Part shown: positions 1-10,900 of the stretch, piece by piece
Numbering within the stretch: position 1 is the stretch's first letter
Layout of the letters: each line of letters opens with the position of its first letter
From: Schmidtea polychroa
Taxonomy: Eukaryota
Assembly (NCBI GenBank): GCA_044892525.1
Contig: CM097885.1
Location: 21,454,001-21,518,000 of the forward strand
Direction: 5' to 3'
Length of the DNA: 64,000 nt
Translations under genes and position numbers: made by a program
Notes under the pieces: model-generated
Told to the model about the DNA's origin: nothing
The model's database searches: none
Seen by the model: the letters and a program-made list of their open reading frames with translations, nothing else

Positions 1-762
1 GGAGCCACCGACCTCATCCCTTAATTTTACGGGAGGTTCAGGTGCTCGTCTTTTGCTCAACTCGTTCATTCTTATTACTTCGAGTTGCGTTGCTATCAAC
101 TGACTCTTTAATTCTGGTATTTCTTGTAATTGCTTCTCTTTACTTTTCCATTTTCTCTGCTTGATGGTTATTGCCGTCTGCAATGCTTGCATGCTTCGTC
201 GTTTTTGATTTAAGATTCTCCGGTAATTTTCTTTCAACTTCCATTGTTTTTCTGTTTCCTCTCTTTGTTCCTTGATCTCTTCCTTGAGTTTTACATTTCT
301 CTTCTCGGCTTTTTTACTTTCTCGCACTCTTGTTTTTGCATAAGCATATTGTGCTTCTAACTGCTCGATATAGACTTGGTCGATATTCACAATCTTTTTC
401 AACTTCCTTGTTTCTGATTTCCAATAATCTTCGATTACTGCCTGAGCTCTCAACTCTACTATCTCTTGTCTCAGGTTTTTATTTTCTGTCTCTTTTCGTT
501 TCGATTCCTTTATTTCCCTCAAAATTTCTTGCTTGACAGTGTTTATTAATCGTCTTGATTGAACAATATGCTGCCTCAATCTCGTAATCTCTACATTTTG
601 ATTTGCAATCTTTAATTTGAACAACTTCTTGCTGACTCTCCATTTATTGTTATAATATTTCATCGGTTCTTGTTTGATTGGTATCATATCCTGGTTTTGT
701 TCAGGTTGGTCGTTTGACTTTCCTTCGTTACTCGTTGATTCTCTTTCTTTTAAATAATTCAT
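1..762 (-). CDS. Coiled-coil protein, partial (>=254 aa; absent from the ORF track)
   Basis: Hand translation from ATG 762 (MNYLKERESTSNEGK...) is open to base 1; acceptor TTTTGTAG|ATATG. Confidence 0.8.
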   Translation of the reverse strand, partial: MNYLKERESTSNEGKSNDQPEQNQDMIPIKQEPMKYYNNKWRVSKKLFKLKIANQNVEITRLRQHIVQSRRLINTVKQEILREIKESKRKETENKNLRQEIVELRAQAVIEDYWKSETRKLKKIVNIDQVYIEQLEAQYAYAKTRVRESKKAEKRNVKLKEEIKEQREETEKQWKLKENYRRILNQKRRSMQALQTAITIKQRKWKSKEKQLQEIPELKSQLIATQLEVIRMNELSKRRAPEPPVKLRDEVGGS

Positions 763-854
763 ATCTACAAAAATATACATATCATATTTCCTTTTGTCTT
801 CTTTTTTATTCTGAATTTTTTGGTTTTGTAATTTTTATTTGGTTTTGGTTCTAT

Positions 855-893
<39 letters not shown>

Positions 894-903
894 CTCCCTT
901 CGA

Positions 904-2502
904 CTAAATCCATGTTGCGTTATTTTGTTCGTTATTTTCATCGAAGCCTTCATCTGTGGTGACTTCGGCAGGCTGTGGCACTTGCAACGGGAACGGGTAG
1001 AGTGGCATTAATAATATTGGTGGTTGTCTCCTTAACCGATCTATTTCCTCTCGTAGTTCCGTTGAGATGTTTATTTCCTCATCCAATAAAAACGTTAATC
1101 TACCTTCGTTTTCTCTCATTTCGTTTAATTCCTCTTCCAATCGTTGGGTTCTTTCGAGCGTTTTTAGTTTCTCAATTTCCGCTCTCAAATTTGCTTCATT
1201 TTCTTCGAAGCATCGTTTTATTATCTCGGTTTCCTGTTTGGTTTGTTGAATTGTCTTGTCGCACTCCTCTCTATATTTCGCATTAAGCTCAATCTGGTGC
1301 TTCCAATTCACATCCCTTTGGGTGTACATACCTTTATATCCGTTCATCTCTTGATTGGCTTCTTCCACTTCGGTTTGTAATTGTCGGATCTGTCGATCTT
1401 GGTCTGTCAATTGTTGTTCCCATCTCTTTTCCTGGGATTCATACCTTCTTATTTCTCGAGTCTGTTTCTTTATGATTCTCTGTCTACCGTCGCTGATCCG
1501 CGTCTTGATTCTATGTTCTCTACTCAATCGGCTGATCTCATCTTTTTGGTTTTCTATCGTTTCCCATATTTTAAATTCGTCTCTTTCCATCAGTTTTATT
1601 GGTAACTGTCTTAACTCCTCTTTGGTCTCTTTCCAATTCTTTTTCCATTTTCGGGCTTGATGCTTGAGACACTTTTCGGTTTCCTCAGTTTTCTGCTGTC
1701 GTTTTCTCCACTCTACTTCCTCTTCTTCTCGCTGTGCGGCTCTTGTTTCGTAAAATTCTTGGTCTGCTTTTCGTAATCGCAGTTGTTCCTTGCTACTGAT
1801 TTTCCAATAGAGCACTTGAGTTTGACTTCCTAGGTATTTATACTTCCATTTCTGGGCTTGTATCTTTATTTGTGTGTTAATTCGCTCTAATACGTTATCT
1901 CTAACAATTGGTTCTCTATGCGGTGTTCTCCTCCCTTGCCCTCTGACTTCGTTTAGGGTCTTTTTGCATCTTTCCCATTTTTCTTTCATCATTGCGCATT
2001 TGCCCTTTACTTCTTCTAGTTCGGCCTTGTAATTCCGTATTTGATGTTCGTGACTATCATTCTGCCTTGTCTGGAGGGTTTCGTACTTTAGTTTCCATTG
2101 TTGCGCTTGTAGTTTTATTCGTTCCGTTTTACGCTGTTCCTCCTCGTATTGCTCCTTTGCTTCCCTAATTTGTGCCTTCTGCATTATTATCTCTCCGCAT
2201 AACCCAACTATCTCCATAATCCGCTGAGTTCGTAAATTCGAGAGCTCTTCCTCCAATTCTTGGTATGTTGAGGTATTTCTCACATCCTCGGTTAATTCCT
2301 CTACCTGTTTCATCCACTCCTCCTTTGTTGCTAGTGCTTCCGCCTTCTCCGCTTCTAATTCTTGTTGCTTTTTCTCATACATGGTTTTGTACATTTCTAT
2401 TTCTCTCTTTACTCTTTCTGCTTCGTATGTTTGTATGATGGATTTGTACTGTTCGAGTTGTTGCATCTCGGTTTCCACATAGGTTTGTGATTCTTTATTC
2501 AT
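904..2502 (-). CDS. Long coiled-coil protein, 532 aa
   Basis: E/K/Q/R-rich helical composition with recurring QAxxWK; acceptor TTATTTAG|ACAATG. Confidence 0.8.
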   Translation of the reverse strand: MNKESQTYVETEMQQLEQYKSIIQTYEAERVKREIEMYKTMYEKKQQELEAEKAEALATKEEWMKQVEELTEDVRNTSTYQELEEELSNLRTQRIMEIVGLCGEIIMQKAQIREAKEQYEEEQRKTERIKLQAQQWKLKYETLQTRQNDSHEHQIRNYKAELEEVKGKCAMMKEKWERCKKTLNEVRGQGRRTPHREPIVRDNVLERINTQIKIQAQKWKYKYLGSQTQVLYWKISSKEQLRLRKADQEFYETRAAQREEEEVEWRKRQQKTEETEKCLKHQARKWKKNWKETKEELRQLPIKLMERDEFKIWETIENQKDEISRLSREHRIKTRISDGRQRIIKKQTREIRRYESQEKRWEQQLTDQDRQIRQLQTEVEEANQEMNGYKGMYTQRDVNWKHQIELNAKYREECDKTIQQTKQETEIIKRCFEENEANLRAEIEKLKTLERTQRLEEELNEMRENEGRLTFLLDEEINISTELREEIDRLRRQPPILLMPLYPFPLQVPQPAEVTTDEGFDENNEQNNATWI

Positions 2503-2584
2503 TGTCTAAATAATTACACTATTACTACCACTATTATTTCATACATTTATTATCTACACTTTATACACGGAATTTTAATTTTTG

Positions 2585-3763
2585 TTATTGATCGGCGTAG
2601 CGGAATCCTTTGATTCGCTGCGCAATCCTCTGTCTGCACATCGGACATTCCTTTACTTTTCTACTACATGTGGCACATGCGATCAAATGTCCGCATGGCA
2701 TATGAATAACTTCTACACTCCTCTCCCAACACATAGTACATTTGATATCTCGTAAGATAGCTGTTTTGACCATTGATTCTTCTTTTATTTTTGTTTCAGG
2801 TTTTTCTCTATACTGGGTTATCGCTCTGATCATATCGTACGTTGTTGTTGGTATATGTACATTTTTCTGTAGTTTCTCTCTAATCATGTTCTTTGCCCTT
2901 GTCGTGCCTATTCCGGCTGCTTTCAACGCTCTGCACATGTTGGGTTTGTCTACCACTTCGTCAACCTCTTCCTCTGTTACTAGTACTTCCGGATATTCGG
3001 TTTCTTGTTCGTTGTGATATAGGCACCATGCTTGATGTCTAATTTCTGGTATGCCTTCTTCCGGTAATCTCTGTTGGCTTTCGCATCTTTCACACTTTAG
3101 TATTTGATTTTCTGTTAGGTAGAACCCTCTTATTGCTAATTCAGGTCCTCTCGTATCATCTCCGAACGTTTTCATTCTATTATCTGCTATTTGCGTGAGG
3201 AATTCCCCTTCACAAGTTGGAACATACTCATCAACGATTCTGGTTATCGCGATGCTCATTTTCCCTCCTTTTTCGTCTTCAGTTTTCAATTTCTCCAAGG
3301 CTTCGTATTTGATTTCCGGTTTGTTGTGTACATCAAATCCCAGTACGAATAGACAAGTTGGGAATCGTCTACGATGTTCCTCCTTTGGGTGTTCTCCTTT
3401 TTTCCATTCTGCTAATTTCCCTTTACAGAAACGACATGTTACTTGATCGGGTATCTCTGGTTTTCCGGAGAAGAAAAATCCGTCGCGTGCTAGCGCTCGG
3501 CTCTGTTCCTTGGTGAAAATGGTCTGATGTTCAAATGACAGATATCTCTGGTTCTCACATCTGAATTGTTCATTATCTCCCAGTTTCAAATTTTCGTGTA
3601 CCCAATTATAATTGTTTCCCATTCTCCGATAATATGCGTAACTACTTGGTTTTGTTTTGCTGACTTCCGCATCCTTCACTCTTTCTCTAGGTGACATATT
3701 GTCCTCTTCCTCTCTCATTGTGATCGTTTTCTTTCGGATATTCGGTCTCTCTTGATTAATCAT
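2585..3763 (-). CDS. Inhibitor-of-apoptosis (IAP) protein: BIR, divergent BIR, UBA-like, RING; 392 aa
   Basis: RYLSF..LARDGFFF..DQVTCRFC..W..EEHRRRFPTC (BIR); RMKTF..LAIRGFY..CERC..H...C; C-terminal CTMC..PCGHLIACATC..CPMCR. Confidence 0.93.
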   Translation of the reverse strand: MINQERPNIRKKTITMREEEDNMSPRERVKDAEVSKTKPSSYAYYRRMGNNYNWVHENLKLGDNEQFRCENQRYLSFEHQTIFTKEQSRALARDGFFFSGKPEIPDQVTCRFCKGKLAEWKKGEHPKEEHRRRFPTCLFVLGFDVHNKPEIKYEALEKLKTEDEKGGKMSIAITRIVDEYVPTCEGEFLTQIADNRMKTFGDDTRGPELAIRGFYLTENQILKCERCESQQRLPEEGIPEIRHQAWCLYHNEQETEYPEVLVTEEEVDEVVDKPNMCRALKAAGIGTTRAKNMIREKLQKNVHIPTTTYDMIRAITQYREKPETKIKEESMVKTAILRDIKCTMCWERSVEVIHMPCGHLIACATCSRKVKECPMCRQRIAQRIKGFRYADQ

Positions 3764-3904
3764 CTATAATAAATTTCATCATTTCTTTTTACATTTTCTT
3801 TTTCTAATTTTTTATGGTTTTGGCACGTTACTTTACTGTATACAATAACTTTATATTTACTTTACATCGTTTTTACAAAATATTTACAGTTCCCTTCTAT
3901 CCGT

Positions 3905-5329
3905 CTATCGTATTTCTATTGTTGGTCCTTCCTCATCTAGTTCGATTAGGAAGAATATAGTGTCCTTTTCTATGTAGGACCCTTCGTTAAATTGGTATAG
4001 CTGCATAAACTCTGCTACTCCTACCGCAGGATTAACCTCTGTAATCGGTTTATTCCCTGCTGGACTGGATGCTCGAAAACACATTATATGTGTCTTTTTT
4101 GCTCCTAAGAGAGATATTTTTAATCGATGTCGGAATGGCCATGCTATTAGGTCGTCAAAATCTCCTTTACAAATTTGCATATATATGGACATGCACCGAT
4201 CTTTAAACTTTCCTTCACCATTTGGAAACCATCTCAATTTCATCTTGTATCCATGTTTCTTGGCGTAGAATGGTTTGCTCACTATCGTTGTCTGGATTCC
4301 TTGCTTTGCTTGCTCCATTATTTCCGTTATTCCTTGGATTTTCCACATGTATGGTAGTATTGGTAGTTCCTCTGTTGTCAGTTCCTTTGTAGTCCATTTG
4401 GTTTGTAATTTAGTTACTTCGACTAATTTGTCGTCTAATTTCAACATCCTTTGTGTTACGGCTTCTCTCGTATTTTCGAAGCTTTCCTGTGAGCTCAGCA
4501 TTTCTTTTATCATGATTTTATGTGATTTGAGTTCGTCTTTGACGTCTTCAATTGCTCTTGCTGTTAGCTCTATTGCTCTCATCATCTTTTGCATGTGCTC
4601 GAATGTATTCTCCTCCACATGCTTCTTCATTTCTTCTGCTGGTAATTGTGCTCTACAGTCGAATGTCACCATTGGGCATTTTATTGCTTTTCTCGTGCAT
4701 ATCTCCCAATGTTCATTTAATCTGACGTTGTTAATTTCTCCACACTCGTTTGGGCATTTCCCTGTATATTCGTCGCAAATCCGTCTTTCTACTGCGTTTC
4801 GATGTTCCATTTCGATTTCTCTCCAATTAGCAGTTTCTCCGCAAAATTCGCATTTTTCCGTTCGCTCTTCGCATTCCCCTTTATGTTTGGTTTTCTCTTT
4901 TCGTAAAAACTTTACCGTGCATGCTTCGCATTCCGATTCTAGATATTCGCATACGTCTGTATGGGCTCTTAACTCCTTTACTCGGCCTGTCCATTCGCAT
5001 GACCTTTGGGTGCATCTTATTTTCACTTCTCTGATTTCTCGGTTCATTGCTCTATCCGGTATCGTACCAGTGGGGACCAACTTAAATGCTTCTCCACATC
5101 CTGGACAAGTTTCTCGCTTTAGTCTGGCTAATCTTATATCACACCCTCGGCACAATCTACACCCGCATCGAGTTTGACTTGCTCCAATTAATAATCTTCT
5201 ACATGCTGTATCGGCACATAATAATCTCTCTTCGAACTCGTCCGGCTCGGCTTGGTATTTTCTCATCAACTCATAGTTAATCTTTTGTTCCTCTGCTTCT
5301 CTCCGGTTTTCCTCTGCTTTGTTTTGCAT
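3905..5329 (-). CDS. TRAF-family protein (RING-like, TRAF zinc fingers, coiled coil, MATH), 474 aa
   Basis: C..C..QTRCGCRLCRGC..CPGC; CEWTGRVKELRAH and CPNECG fingers; YMWKI..SKPFY..GYKMKLRWFPNG..GDFDDLIAWPF MATH signature. Confidence 0.93.
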   Translation of the reverse strand: MQNKAEENRREAEEQKINYELMRKYQAEPDEFEERLLCADTACRRLLIGASQTRCGCRLCRGCDIRLARLKRETCPGCGEAFKLVPTGTIPDRAMNREIREVKIRCTQRSCEWTGRVKELRAHTDVCEYLESECEACTVKFLRKEKTKHKGECEERTEKCEFCGETANWREIEMEHRNAVERRICDEYTGKCPNECGEINNVRLNEHWEICTRKAIKCPMVTFDCRAQLPAEEMKKHVEENTFEHMQKMMRAIELTARAIEDVKDELKSHKIMIKEMLSSQESFENTREAVTQRMLKLDDKLVEVTKLQTKWTTKELTTEELPILPYMWKIQGITEIMEQAKQGIQTTIVSKPFYAKKHGYKMKLRWFPNGEGKFKDRCMSIYMQICKGDFDDLIAWPFRHRLKISLLGAKKTHIMCFRASSPAGNKPITEVNPAVGVAEFMQLYQFNEGSYIEKDTIFFLIELDEEGPTIEIR

Positions 5330-5418
5330 TCTACAATGATGATTTTTAATCTTGGGATTTCTACTTGATTATAACTCTATTTATTTACAGGATTATTTAC
5401 ATTTCACTCCTTTCTCTC

Positions 5419-5874
5419 CTATACATCTACCGTCGAGTCCGGTTCCCCTGTTCCTGGTAACCCGGTCATCCACTCGACTAAACTGGTAATATCATCATGT
5501 TGTCGATTTTCATGCAACCTTCTAATTTCTTCCGCTTGCCATCTGATTTGGCTTATTAACTGATTGTTATTATACTCTAGTTGCGCGATTATTTGGTGTT
5601 GTTCCTCTATTTTTGTAATATATATTGCATTTCTATTAATACTCTCTATCAACGCCGTTTGGTTTCGTACCCAGTGCTCTTGAGTCTGATTTGTCAATTG
5701 GGTCATTAATTCACACTGTGCCCTCCACATGGATCCTGTTGGCTGACTCGGCTGGTTTGGCACGTTCATTTCCATCATGTCTACTGGATGTACATTCATA
5801 AGCGGCTGTTCTCTTACTTCAACAACATGTGGTATCCCATTTGGGTGTTCTTGCTCTTCGTTTCTCTGGTTCAT
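5419..5874 (-). CDS. Orphan accessory protein, 151 aa, short coiled coil
   Basis: Clean ORF in the accessory array; acceptor-like TAAATAG|GAATG at its start; no recognised domain. Confidence 0.65.
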   Translation of the reverse strand: MNQRNEEQEHPNGIPHVVEVREQPLMNVHPVDMMEMNVPNQPSQPTGSMWRAQCELMTQLTNQTQEHWVRNQTALIESINRNAIYITKIEEQHQIIAQLEYNNNQLISQIRWQAEEIRRLHENRQHDDITSLVEWMTGLPGTGEPDSTVDV

Positions 5875-6022
5875 TCCTATTTATAATACATGGTCATCAT
5901 ACTTGTTTTTGATTTTTCTACATATTGTTTTAATTTACTACTTTTATTTTGTACATACTACTACTATTATCACTACTTTTATCATTTCATTTATACATTA
6001 TTTACAACAACTCCTCCTCTCG

Positions 6023-7924
6023 TTATACCAGTGTCGCCATGGGGCCGGAATGCAGCGTGCGCATTCCCCCATATCTTTCGTCCGTTATTCGGTATATATC
6101 GACTTCGTGTGTCCATTCGTTCGGTGTGGGTATTCTTGGTAGTTCCGACATCCACAATCCGCTGGATCCGGGATCCTCTACCACCTCGTATTCTTCTATA
6201 TTCAGATTCTCTGTTGGAATACCGTATTCAAATTTTTCCACTTTGGGCCATTTTCTTTGATTTCTCGGTTTTTGTTTACATCTTTTGGTGGTTCTTATCC
6301 ACTGAATCATTGCTAACGCTATTATCGTGCTTACTATCGCGCTAGTTATCCATATCATCTTTGTGATGATCGTTGTTCCATTATTTGTTTTTTCTGTCGT
6401 TAATATTGTACTACCTGTGGTATTTGTTTCTGGTGCTTTGATTTTCTTGAATGCTTGATGTAATCGTTCCTTCTCTTTTTCTGTTAGGTGACTGTGATTT
6501 TCCCGTTTCTCTCCCCCTTCTTGATCTCGGGGTATCCACGGTATGTTTATTAATTGGGGTTTTTGTCGAGTTATTGGTTGACATACGCTGGTTCCTCTTC
6601 CTTTCTTAAGGATACATACTTGGTATCGTTCTTTCCGTTTCCCTGTCTCTATTTTAACGTCTGTACCTTTGTCTATCGGTGTTGTTGTACAGTCGATTAT
6701 TCCCGTCTTATCCATTACACATATCCTTATGATTGGTTCTCCTTCCTGGTTTTTGACTGTAATTACCTCTTCACCTTTCTTGTTGAGGTTAATAGTTATC
6801 TGCACTTCCCGTCTTTCGTCTTTAATTACTTCGTTAATCCATGTTGTTGTTGTTATTAATTCGGTTTGATTTTGCTCTGTTGTTGTTTTTGTACTAACTG
6901 ATTTGTTTGGCTTCTTGGTTGTTATCCCCCTCAATGGATCTTGTTTCATTGCCATACTCTTTGGCTTGTCTTTTCTTGGTGCAGTTCTTGTTCCTTTACA
7001 TACTACTATCCCTTGTGTTCCTGCGCATACCACAGTAAGGGTATTTGGTTTGACCTCTCCCCAGAAGAATTTGTGGTCTTGTGTCATATCAGTTATTATG
7101 CATATGTCTCTGTCTTCTCTGATGCATATATGTGTAATTGATCGACTCCCTTTATCTTCTATTTCGATACCTTCTTCCAAAATGTTGAGTTGAAAATGTA
7201 CTCCGGTTTCGTTGGCTCTTTCTAGCTCCATTTCCTCTGTTGATATGTCTCTACAGATGTCATAATCTCCACATAGCCTGGGATCTCTTTTTTGGCTGCT
7301 AAAAATCTTTCCTTTTGTTATTGATCTGAAATCACAACTTACTCCTGTTCCTTCCATTAGTTGCACACATATTCCGACGGCATTTCCGTCGTAATCACTG
7401 ACTTTTATCATAAATACTTCACCTTCTTGGGAAGCTTCTCTTACGATTCTCATATTTTTTGTTTCTGTTAAACAGATGGATGTTAATATTATAAATATTC
7501 TTTGTAGTAGGATTGGCTGGATTTGATTTCGACACACTATGCTATGTAGTGGGGACTTTCGTTTTTTGTTCTCCGTTTTGTCGAATCCTTGATCTTCACC
7601 TCGACATTGGTCTTCTTCGTCTTCTTCCAATTCCTCATCATCACTCGTTGTTTCTCCGCCTTCCGGATTCTGTTCTCTGTCGTTTTCCTCTGGGTTGTTA
7701 TCGTTATCCCCCATCCTTTCGTCGTCGTCGTCGTCGTCATTCCTCTCACCCGGGGTTTTCCTGAAAATGTCGTCCTCGACATTTGCTGCTTTGATCATCT
7801 CCTCGTATTTTTTAATTATCTCTTTTTTGCCGTTGTGGATACTTTCTCGTTCTTCTTTGGTTCCTTGATATTTCCGTTGTTTCCGGTGCCATTCCCACAC
7901 TAGTATTTCTAGTTGCTTTTTCAT
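6023..7924 (-). CDS. Predicted type-I membrane glycoprotein, 633 aa, overlapping the polyprotein end in the +1 frame
   Basis: Internal hydrophobic stretch ILLQRIFIILTSICL, Cys-bearing repeated beta-like segments, N-X-S/T sites, Thr-rich stalk, TM MIWITSAIVSTIIALAMIQWI, Tyr-containing tail. Confidence 0.7.
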   Translation of the reverse strand: MKKQLEILVWEWHRKQRKYQGTKEERESIHNGKKEIIKKYEEMIKAANVEDDIFRKTPGERNDDDDDDERMGDNDNNPEENDREQNPEGGETTSDDEELEEDEEDQCRGEDQGFDKTENKKRKSPLHSIVCRNQIQPILLQRIFIILTSICLTETKNMRIVREASQEGEVFMIKVSDYDGNAVGICVQLMEGTGVSCDFRSITKGKIFSSQKRDPRLCGDYDICRDISTEEMELERANETGVHFQLNILEEGIEIEDKGSRSITHICIREDRDICIITDMTQDHKFFWGEVKPNTLTVVCAGTQGIVVCKGTRTAPRKDKPKSMAMKQDPLRGITTKKPNKSVSTKTTTEQNQTELITTTTWINEVIKDERREVQITINLNKKGEEVITVKNQEGEPIIRICVMDKTGIIDCTTTPIDKGTDVKIETGKRKERYQVCILKKGRGTSVCQPITRQKPQLINIPWIPRDQEGGEKRENHSHLTEKEKERLHQAFKKIKAPETNTTGSTILTTEKTNNGTTIITKMIWITSAIVSTIIALAMIQWIRTTKRCKQKPRNQRKWPKVEKFEYGIPTENLNIEEYEVVEDPGSSGLWMSELPRIPTPNEWTHEVDIYRITDERYGGMRTLHSGPMATLV

Positions 7925-10900
7925 CGCATGTGGTTTTTGTGCATTTCCACCAATTACCTGTCAATTCTGTTCTATTTCTCTGTAATATTGCTTTAATGGT
8001 TTTTGGCATTGGTGGTCTTGAGTATATGGCGCTTCTTAGTACGATATTTTCGTTGTTTTGGAGTTGATTTATATCAATTACTTCCGCTCTTAATTCGTTT
8101 TGTTTCCATTTGATTAATATTGCTGCGGTTCTGTCTAAGTTTCCTCTGATGGCTTCCAGAATTGGTTCAATGCTCTGTCCCAACACCTCGGCTTCTTCGG
8201 TTGTTGCATTTCCTGTGATAAAGTTCACTATACTAGGTCTTTTTGACCTGACGGCATAACGTAATACGGTTCGTTGTTTGTTGTCTTTTTCTTTCAGCGT
8301 GGATCCCGTTCTTAATAATTCTCTGAGTACATCTCTTGACGCGCCTATTGCTATGGCTTTCATCAGTGGAGTTTTTCCTTTACTGTTTTTGACGTTTGTT
8401 GATTGTTTGCAGTTTTCCATTATTCGTATAATCTCTAAAGCTCGTTTTTCTTGTCCTGCTTTCACTGCATGATGGATTGGCCAGTTATTACTCAAATCAC
8501 TTGTTAGGAACATGATTGGTAATCTCCGGATTAGTTCATATATTTGAGTCGGTATTTGTAATCCTTCGGCATATCTTCGTCCTTTCGCATATCTTTCTGC
8601 TACTAACATTAGTTTGCCCAATACTTGGTATTTATTGGTTATATCGGCCCATTCTGGTACAATTTCTCGTGCTATTCTTACTGTCATATTCCATGTTGCT
8701 TGACTCCTTGCCATTGCGTCGGCTTCGCTTTCCGCTTCGGTTCCTTTATTGGCGCTGCTGCTTGTTTCTCCCCTCAACATGAATATCCGTCTTGTCTGTG
8801 ATCTAGTTAATCTACCGCTTACTTCTGGTTCTGGTGTGGCGTTTGTTTGCGATCTCGTGATTATCTTCCTTGTTTCTGGATCTTTAGTGGCAGTTTTCGC
8901 TACTGCTTTACATCGGCATGTATTCACATAAATGGGTCTAATTAATGGATTGTTAACCAACTTTACTCGAGCGTTGTTCTCGTTTACATAGATGATTTCA
9001 TACGGTCCTCTGCCATTACGTTGTAATTTCTTTGCTGTTCCTGGGATTAATTCGGGTGTTTCTATGATAACCCAATCTCCAACTTTAAATTGATGGTTTT
9101 GCACGTTCTTCTTTTTATCATGTAATTCTTTATAACTTTCTTGGTTGAATCGGATGTTCATCCCTGCGGTTTTCCATATTTCTTGCATTCTCTCTTTGAA
9201 CTTGGTCACATAATCATCTATCTCCATATATTGTGAGATTGGCGGTTGGTATTCGAGATCCATCGGCATGTTGCATTCTCTTCCGTACATGAGTTTAAAC
9301 GGACTCATTTTCGTCGCTGAGTGTATTGACATTCGATAAGCCATTAGACACAACTTAATATATTCATCCCAATCCTTTTGATGTTTACTGACATAATTTG
9401 ACATCATGTCTATTAGTATGCCATTAAATCTTTCTGTCTGACCATTCGTTTGTGGGTGGTACGGCGAGGTTCTCAATTTGGCAATCCTGAAATAATTTGT
9501 CACTTCATTTATTATCTCGCTCATGAAATTAGTTCCTTGGTCAGTTAAGATTTGTTTTGGTGTCCCATATCTGCAGCAGATCTCTTCCACCAATATCCTT
9601 GCAACCGTTCGTGCTTTTTGATCCGGCATCGCAAATGCTTCCGGGAACTTTGTTAGATAATCAGTTATCACCAATATATACACATTTCCGCTGTTGGTTT
9701 CTGGTAGTGGTCCAACCACGTCCATTGCAATCATTGTCATTGGTTCTGGCGGTATCGGCATTGGTTTCAAGGGCGGTTTTAATTTGCTGCCCGTTGTTCT
9801 CCTAGTCGCGCATATCAAACAGTTCTTTATCCATTCTTTCACGTCATCGCTCATATTTGGCCAGTAATATTTCTGTTTAAGCCTGGCTTCTGTTTTCTTG
9901 GCTGACATATGTCCGCCTAATTTACCGTCATGGTATTGAATCATAATTTCTTTCCGCCTGCTTTCTGGTAAGCACATCAATCGTTTGTCGCCATCCATTA
10001 CCAATAGCCATCCTTTCTCGATCGTATATCTGTGACGATTTTTCTCCATGTGTTCTTTTAGTCGATCATCGTTGTTGAATATTTTCGTATCGTTTTTATC
10101 CAGGAACTCAATTATTAGTTTTAATTCATTGTCTTCCTTTTGTTCGTTCTTTAGATTGGTAAAATCGATATCTTCCGCGATTATCAGGCATATTCGTCTG
10201 ACGTCATGATCCATGAGTTCCTCAAATACAAATCTCGACATGCAGTCTGCATTTGCGTTTGCTTTTCCTGACTTGAATTTGATGTATGGGGAATATTCTT
10301 GTAACTGCATTGCCCATCTCATTAATCGACTAGATGCTTCTTTGTGTTGGCCCAACCAAACTAGAGGTTGATGGTCTGTAGTAATAATTATCTCGTGTCC
10401 CCACAATAAATATTTGAAATGTTTTATCGCCTGAATTATTGCTAAGGCTTCTCTTTCTGTGACCGAGTAATTCTTTTCGTGCTTTTTGAACGTCTTGCTA
10501 TAATATCCGATGACTCTTTCTCGTTTCTCCTCATCCCATTGTCCTAGCACAGCTCCTGATGCATATCCACTGGCATCGGTTGCTAGTAGAAAAGGCTTTT
10601 TAAAATCTGGGTGTATTAGAATAGGTGAGGCTATTAGTTTATCTCTTAATGATTCGAATGCTATTTGCTGTTCTCTTTCCCACAAAAATGGGGTGTCTTT
10701 TTTCGTTAGTTCCTGAATTGGTTTTGCTATAGTTGCATAATTTTTGATGAACTTGCGGTAGTATCCGCATAATCCCAGAAATTCTTGTACCTGAGTCACA
10801 GTCTTTGGTATCGGGCAATTTTTTATCTTTTCAACGTTTCTCGGATCTGGTTCCTTTCCTTTTGCCGACACAATATGTCCTAAAAACGTGACTCTCTCCT

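Noticed and set aside
765..953. Poly-Lys ORF
   Set aside because: Translation of the A38 homopolymer.
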